A stretch of 19,520 nucleotides of DNA from Candidatus Hadarchaeota archaeon (GTDB taxonomy: Archaea > CAYQAE01 > CAYVLA01). Positions 19,314-19,520 of the stretch are shown here, in pieces; within the stretch, counting starts at the first letter, position 1, and every line of letters begins with the position of its first letter. The notes beneath the pieces are model-generated. The model was not told the DNA's origin. It ran no database searches and saw only the letters and a list, made by a program, of their open reading frames with translations. Made by a program: the position numbers and the translations under genes. The stretch is taken from NCBI GenBank assembly GCA_964452145.1, contig CAYVLA010000061.1:1-19520 (forward strand). The letters are read 5' to 3'.

Positions 19314-19520
19314 CTATTCCTTGACGTGTGCGAGCCTCGTGGTCTCCAGGTCCCTGTAGAACCGTCTCCTAACCATGAGGAGCCAAAGGAAGAAACCGCA
19401 GATCATGGAGGTCCCGGACACCGCCAGATACTCGGTCAGGTAGACCCAGAAGAGGGCCTTCCCTCTGAGTTCGGCTGACTTGGATGTGATGCCCACCAGG
19501 CCTTCGAGGGCTTCCTCTAT
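19314..19520 (-). CDS. 3' end of a membrane-anchored hypothetical protein (partial; runs off the window edge)
   Basis: The frame is open from 19520: IEEALEGLVGITSKSAELRGKALFWVYLTEYLAVSGTSMICGFFLWLLMVRRRFYRDLETTRLAHVKE*. This reads as a helical stalk, a long hydrophobic segment and a basic tail. The stop is 16 nt from the convergent glycosidase stop. Confidence 0.75.
   Translation of the reverse strand: MEEALEGLVGITSKSAELRGKALFWVYLTEYLAVSGTSMICGFFLWLLMVRRRFYRDLETTRLAHVKE

Overview
GC-rich, gene-dense window that looks archaeal. This is inferred from BRE/TATA-like promoter motifs, GGTGG/AGGAGGT ribosome-binding sites, a PEF-CTERM-like sorting tail, and NosD/CARDB/PGF-pre-PGF-type surface modules. 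Four + strand genes are present: (1) a secreted FG-GAP/VCBS beta-propeller with an IPE-TM-basic sorting tail; (2) a secreted sensor-type beta-propeller with one TM helix and a cytoplasmic Cys4 motif; (3) a ~4,290-aa membrane-anchored mosaic surface protein; (4) a cytoplasmic GH36/clan-D-like glycosidase with non-canonical motifs. The 3' end of a convergent membrane-protein gene closes the window. The standout is the giant protein, whose mature N-terminus carries an intact rhodanese (YCQYGARS) and an intact thioredoxin (WCSFC). These are followed by DNRLRE, thrombospondin type-3 repeats, three beta-helices, an unassigned region, a beta-propeller, 3x CARDB, two DxDxDG beta-sandwiches and 2x FN3-like domains. 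Its likely start (GTG 3359) lies in a predicted hairpin overlapped by an Arg-rich upstream ORF. No rRNA, tRNA, CRISPR array or mobile element was recognised. All domain calls are by-eye motif recognition; no database search was run.
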